Translations under genes and position numbers: made by a program | The notes under the pieces: model-generated | What the model was told of the DNA's origin: nothing | What the model saw: the letters and a program-made list of their open reading frames with translations, nothing else | The model's database searches: none | In this document: positions 57,101 to 59,802 of the stretch, one piece after another | How the letters are laid out: each line of letters starts with the position of its first letter | How positions within the stretch are numbered: position 1 is the first letter of the stretch | Source of the DNA: a virus | Lineage: Duplodnaviria > Caudoviricetes | Strand: one strand, 5' to 3' | IMG/VR virus record: IMGVR_UViG_3300034167_000343 | Location: 1-59,802 of that record | Length of the DNA: 59,802 nt

Positions 57101-59460
57101 ACCCCAAGATGCCCGACGGTGGTTCTGGTCTGACCAACAAGGACGCCGCAGAGATCCTCAGGTCCATAGACGCATCCCCTGCTGGTCAGGTCCTGGCGGA
57201 GATTGGCCGCCTGACCGACAAGATGGGTGATGCCAAGGTCAACTACCTTGAGAAGACCGGGATGGTCACGAAGACTCTGGCGAAAAAGCTGCGCCAGTAC
57301 ACGCACTACGTGAACCTGAGCGGAGAAGCCGGAGCAGAGTTGGACGCCGACGACCCCGGGCTCTTGGCGGGCGGATCGAAGTTCAACGTCAAGGGCAAGG
57401 AGCGCAGGGCACTGGGACGCGGGGCTGGCAACGAAGCCTCCGACGTCCTGTCGCGCACGATCCAGGCTTACGAGGCCGCGCTGATCCGGGGGCAGAAGAA
57501 CCTCGTAGCCCAGAAAGTCCTGGGCCTGATCGAGACCAACTACAGCCCCGAGTTCGCGATCGTGAACGCGCAGCCCCGCAAGATTCAGTTCAACCCCGAG
57601 ATCGGGGAGGTCGAAGAGGTCATCGACGAGAACTACATGGCGCGCAAGGACGTCATGGTCGCCAAGGTCGGCGGCATCCCCACGACCATCGAGTTCAAGG
57701 AGCGTGGCCTGGGATCATTCGCTGACGCGATCCACGGCATGGTGTCTCCAGCAGAGTCCGGGCCAATCATGGAGGGTGTCGGCAAGATGAGCCGGTTCCT
57801 CGGCTCGCTCATGACGACCTACAACCCGGCCTTCACCCTGGTCAACGGGTTTCGGGATGTACAGACCATGTACATGAACGCCGCCTCTGACGGGAAGATC
57901 ACCAAGAAGATGGCGCGGGACATGATCAGGGCGCTTCCGACCGCTCTGATGGCGGCGGTCCACGAGGCCAGCGGGGGACGGCTTGGGAAGGGCGCGAACC
58001 CGGAGACGCTGCGTGTCCTGCGCGAGATGCAGCGCGAGGGCGGCATCACCTACTTCGCCGACCGAAAGAACCTTGAGGATCAGGTCAAGAAGCTGGACGA
58101 TCTGCTGTCGGGCAAGAAGTACCCGATGCAGGAGACCTTCCAGAGGATCGGCAGCGTCATGGAGTTCCTGGCCGACGTCTCCGAAATAGCCCCCCGTCTG
58201 GCGGCCTACAAGGTGGTGAAGGAAAACGGCTTCAGCAATGAGCAGGCGGCTGTGTTCTCCGGAGACATCACCGTCAACTTCAACATGCGCGGCGCTAACA
58301 AGGATGTACGTCAGCTATACGTCTTCTTTAACCCGGCGGTCCAGGGCAGCTACAAGCTCTACAAGCTGGCGACCACCAAGCAAGGCCAGAAGCAGTTCGC
58401 CAAGGTTGCCCTCGGTCTTACGGCTTTTGGTTTCCTGACCAGCCTTCTGGGCCGCGCGATGTCCGGTGAGGACGACGACGGCATCGACAGGCTGGACAAG
58501 GTGCCGGTCTACAAGCGCGCCACCTCTGTTGTGTTGTCTGCCGACAGCTTATGGGGTGCCCCGCTCCCTATCCCGTACGGCTGGAACGCCTTCTTCGCCA
58601 CCGGGGTATTCATGGCGGACGCGGTGATGGGCAAGCAGCCAATCCGGGTGAGCGCCGAGCGCATCGTCAAGACCACGGCGGAGTCTTTCTCGCCCATTGG
58701 CATGGGGGCTTCGGACGCCAAGAGCTTTGAGACCTTCGTGGCCAAGTTCTTCTCGCCGACGGCCTTGCTTCCTGGGGTGGAATTCCTGGCCAACGAGAAC
58801 CGGTTTGGCGCTCCGATCCGCAAGGAGCAGAGCCCATTCGACGCCTCCAAGACCCCGGACGCGCAGCAGTACTTCCGTGGCGTGTCGCCGATCTCCAGGT
58901 CCATCACTGACGGCCTGACCGACCTGACCGATGGCAACAAGTACAAAGCCGGCGGAATCGACGTCAACCCGGCGACCATCGACTTCCTGATCCAGTCCTA
59001 CCTACCGGGCCTGCCCAGCGACGCCTACAAGGGCGCAGGCGTGGCCATCAAGGCTTCGCGCGGGGAAGATGTCAAGCGGGTGCCCTGGCCGATTGCAGAC
59101 CGCTTCTCGGCCCGTATACCGGCTGGTTACGACGCCGGGGCCTACCGCCGCGCATCCGAGATGGTCGAGACGGTGTACGAGGAGTACAACAAGACCCGCG
59201 ACCAGGGCCGCAGGCAGGAGATCCGGCAGGAGTACCCGCGCATCGGGTATGCCCATGCCGTGATCGCATCGACCACGCAGGAGCTGCGCAGTGTGCGTAA
59301 GCAGATCTCCGAGCTGGAGGATCGCCGGATGCCAGACGAAGTCAAGGTGGACCGCAGGAACCAGCTCATGAAGAGAGAAGAGGCGATCTTCAAGCGGGCG
59401 ACCGCGCGACTAATGCAGGCAGGGGACCCTGTCCGCGAAGCCATGATGGCCAACGAGTAA
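51109..59460 (+). CDS. Large polyvalent ejection protein (2783 aa) with zincin-like metallopeptidase and LPD38-like C-terminus
   Basis: HEAYGHLG motif, ARHA.ERN..GSG, P.PYG...N.NRFG.PI; size and position. Confidence 0.85.
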   Translation: MSFVEDFFGTPSQPQGITAPYKTFDEARKDVAAAAPKAGSSWVSEMFGEAPAATPNIPPTPAAPDQGNFGRGFDVSGKQLKQTAYGTAALIGDTFGSDDLKKWGLQGYRDAEKEIQAISKESDSFTSAVQAGDIGSWLTYSAGYLTGQFADLAVASAAGALVGGAASGPAAPAGAAAGALTGAINRSAVQTGLRGAVGKMIDKEAAALTATYIERGMVKAVAEKAAAEAAVKSVYRTIGATTANTFLNATGELGSIYGEAVEQAAKTGEEYSLGKIWLSGIAATAVDTWADSRAVKGLTDAFKGKNRVSSIAMEALKGGMREGLTEGAQTVIERFGADKDLASKEAFKEYIDSAAIGVLGGTAVGGASGAVSKIQANTATTETDQTQPNFTKLPDSQSGRTRPLDDADTPGMSRDEVRDTLSNPGFVAALYQQSSDIDKKILSSAVERAGLQDVFQNALKDPDQIAYGAKMIQNNQDFAATFMKGAEEFATTQSPAGVFKVDRRGATQSSEDNSIDEQFAQEGYTLKERSTSTPTNRTAEPAADLTPQATETRVLNDREDPSPAIENRDGLITKFGDIGNQIFEGDMSAAKEARYDWATKQLVGSGFSTQDARSILIGEMTAPNLNEQGALEEAVEATAPGVQEVEALDDEAGLPKDIRGVKMTEKSRPILDAYFSDEIASLQGQKDGKGKANRLAQLERQALRVGFPQADVDQMFGRSTQVTEAQTVDEPSDKAEVTESGAAQPQTEAQQATGQLKDALANLGDVLGDAFGAKLNATGQRYTMADLPDALSKVMSALLKSGYVQFKDAASELMSRMRANKDWAPLVGKVDQGMLLKAWNQAGGKNVAARADEQEGFVGPQEREESVNLGDLRRTATAEDDDGVTLQKIQKTKGEKKQAKAPAPKVADRPTQLPLGVSMPKPKVVEPEPIRRLKSAIEGRIKQTTNASFYEDSIRRLQAQITEVDEKLRSLGTVETKDGERFKARQEGDENPGMWGNQDENAYDRFDGGMVFDKASPKNELLDRRRKLTDDLEKARDGSQRGQARLYRLGMDRLSDYIIRKSEAVIKGGADPEMVRAAVGPYIDGIGALRQSQVRDQDQEQSVDRDLEEVNRNLSQADFLEGEKVAMGLLSDFRSRRITQQELESLEQRGLREGDFTLNDLFNAYRAMGVSPQQRLYAALKHFSTRIRLKDYVAQQGGAASAVDAYFLDMQQARELMGKKDFENRYAQRDRDLLDLWNRDRKDVLARRHITKTMRDSDDPRKAFDGFLFTRITLTEARNPDLIQSPTLRQTYKGLFDNLEEAWFSDVAAALRLRPDLAGAMFEPQYRASDRAAVASEPIVSTQDRRDFQSWVDRLKASIQKQAEVLARAPYFTALRNDPMLDAVTTAEGFPMVASTPRVDVRQTGLSAELDSQDGRSVRRAEYEVLYTKVVAGELDAVREVLEFDARQKAMQDQSFDSETGEIDLASDALDSILMNAQMTESDRSNYGRRIDGDSKVVRTVEEAADRDAQIGGQVGSNLDDLTSDEQIQEGVISEFDAETQELADEDSEVEEGQGADQGTAADRETEKKKGGRVPVSLVPGQEYRFRRGKAWDVFSMTAVQDIVSRLTTGWKNAPNVIVLPNAQHLPEPLRSRVIEKLAGNGAKGLYHEGNVYLFSQHLDGEADIEFTLFHEAYGHLGMRAVLGEKFDQFLETAYRTRPEVRNAVDDLIADGMPKLEAIDEVLSDMAAENRETSIAKQWAGKIISGLREIGLARVADWFATMTDAEVASTLASARNAVRNGTMPTMNGAPSEVRFKEVKPPYEVFATKDGKTTGYARYNPVTDSWAVFSADAADIRDGYTTTTTQDFDAVVQAMKLRGKVEYRLRSGLYVDDKIVPDLVTIPKFNDTKKYSIWDSRRWAQFRRMTQLKFQNEYLPVFEVVEYLESKGRITPQTDVKTALMLYERRAGYLVEQFRKQYAEPIQQLVAQAGKLGVTKKDIDRYLTARHAFERNAVIASINPKMPDGGSGLTNKDAAEILRSIDASPAGQVLAEIGRLTDKMGDAKVNYLEKTGMVTKTLAKKLRQYTHYVNLSGEAGAELDADDPGLLAGGSKFNVKGKERRALGRGAGNEASDVLSRTIQAYEAALIRGQKNLVAQKVLGLIETNYSPEFAIVNAQPRKIQFNPEIGEVEEVIDENYMARKDVMVAKVGGIPTTIEFKERGLGSFADAIHGMVSPAESGPIMEGVGKMSRFLGSLMTTYNPAFTLVNGFRDVQTMYMNAASDGKITKKMARDMIRALPTALMAAVHEASGGRLGKGANPETLRVLREMQREGGITYFADRKNLEDQVKKLDDLLSGKKYPMQETFQRIGSVMEFLADVSEIAPRLAAYKVVKENGFSNEQAAVFSGDITVNFNMRGANKDVRQLYVFFNPAVQGSYKLYKLATTKQGQKQFAKVALGLTAFGFLTSLLGRAMSGEDDDGIDRLDKVPVYKRATSVVLSADSLWGAPLPIPYGWNAFFATGVFMADAVMGKQPIRVSAERIVKTTAESFSPIGMGASDAKSFETFVAKFFSPTALLPGVEFLANENRFGAPIRKEQSPFDASKTPDAQQYFRGVSPISRSITDGLTDLTDGNKYKAGGIDVNPATIDFLIQSYLPGLPSDAYKGAGVAIKASRGEDVKRVPWPIADRFSARIPAGYDAGAYRRASEMVETVYEEYNKTRDQGRRQEIRQEYPRIGYAHAVIASTTQELRSVRKQISELEDRRMPDEVKVDRRNQLMKREEAIFKRATARLMQAGDPVREAMMANE

Positions 59461-59469
59461 GGAGCAGCC

Positions 59470-59706
59470 ATGGTCAAGAAAGTTCACCAGGACCCGAAGG
59501 GCGGCCTCAACGCGGCCGGCAGGGCTCACTTCAAGCGCGCGGAGGGGGCCAACCTGAAGCCCCCGGCGCCCAACCCCAAGAACGAGAAGGACGCCGGAAG
59601 GCGCAAGTCCTTCTGTGCCCGGATGGGCGGGGTGGATGGTCCTATGAAGGATGAGAAGGGAAGGCCGACCAGGAAGGCCCTGGCTCTAAAGGCTTGGAAC
59701 TGCTGA
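59470..59706 (+). CDS. DUF6321-like small basic protein
   Basis: GGLN..GR, NLKPP, RRKSFCARM and L..WNC motifs. Confidence 0.85.
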   Translation: MVKKVHQDPKGGLNAAGRAHFKRAEGANLKPPAPNPKNEKDAGRRKSFCARMGGVDGPMKDEKGRPTRKALALKAWNC

Positions 59707-59711
59707 AGCCT

Positions 59712-59726
59712 TGTGCTTTTTTTGTG
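59712..59726 (+). repeat. Putative integrase arm-type site
   Basis: TGTGCTTTTTTTGTG matches 107-121. Confidence 0.6.
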
Positions 59727-59802
59727 ACTGAAATGGCCTGTGTTGGGGTGTGTTGCTGGGTGAGTTAATCAGGCGGTCTTCGTTAGGGCTCAACGACTTA
59801 GG

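Larger units (their letters stand above)
1..59802. mobile_element. Temperate podovirus-like phage genome, probably complete
   Basis: Integrase/attP, replication, terminase, portal, capsid, tail, lysis and ejection modules are all present. No host housekeeping genes and no tape-measure gene. Confidence 0.9.

Overview
The window looks like a complete or near-complete (~59.8 kb) temperate tailed-phage genome with podovirus-like architecture, opened at its attP site. Bases 11-57 are only the 3' half of a Betaproteobacteria-type tRNA-Asn(GTT) and lie next to a tyrosine integrase, and a near-identical 15-bp arm-like repeat occurs at both window ends. Layout: (1) leftward integration/recombination operon (int, xis, MazG-like, PD-(D/E)XK nuclease, SSB-like, ERF); (2) divergent control region with a DnaA-box cluster; (3) rightward replication operon (T7 gp4-like primase-helicase, nucleases, Holliday junction resolvase) ending in a candidate small RNA; (4) long leftward early operon of small ORFs containing an amidoligase + class II glutamine amidotransferase pair; (5) ~1 kb palindrome-rich non-coding region; (6) rightward virion operon (TerS, TerL, portal, scaffold, capsid, adaptors, an elaborate fibre module, lysis cassette, tail proteins, 2OG-Fe(II) oxygenase + cupin, ejection proteins, 2783-aa polyvalent protein). 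I see no DNA polymerase, RNA polymerase, clear CI repressor, spanin, tape measure, reverse transcriptase or CRISPR array. All family calls come from motif recognition by eye, not from database searches.
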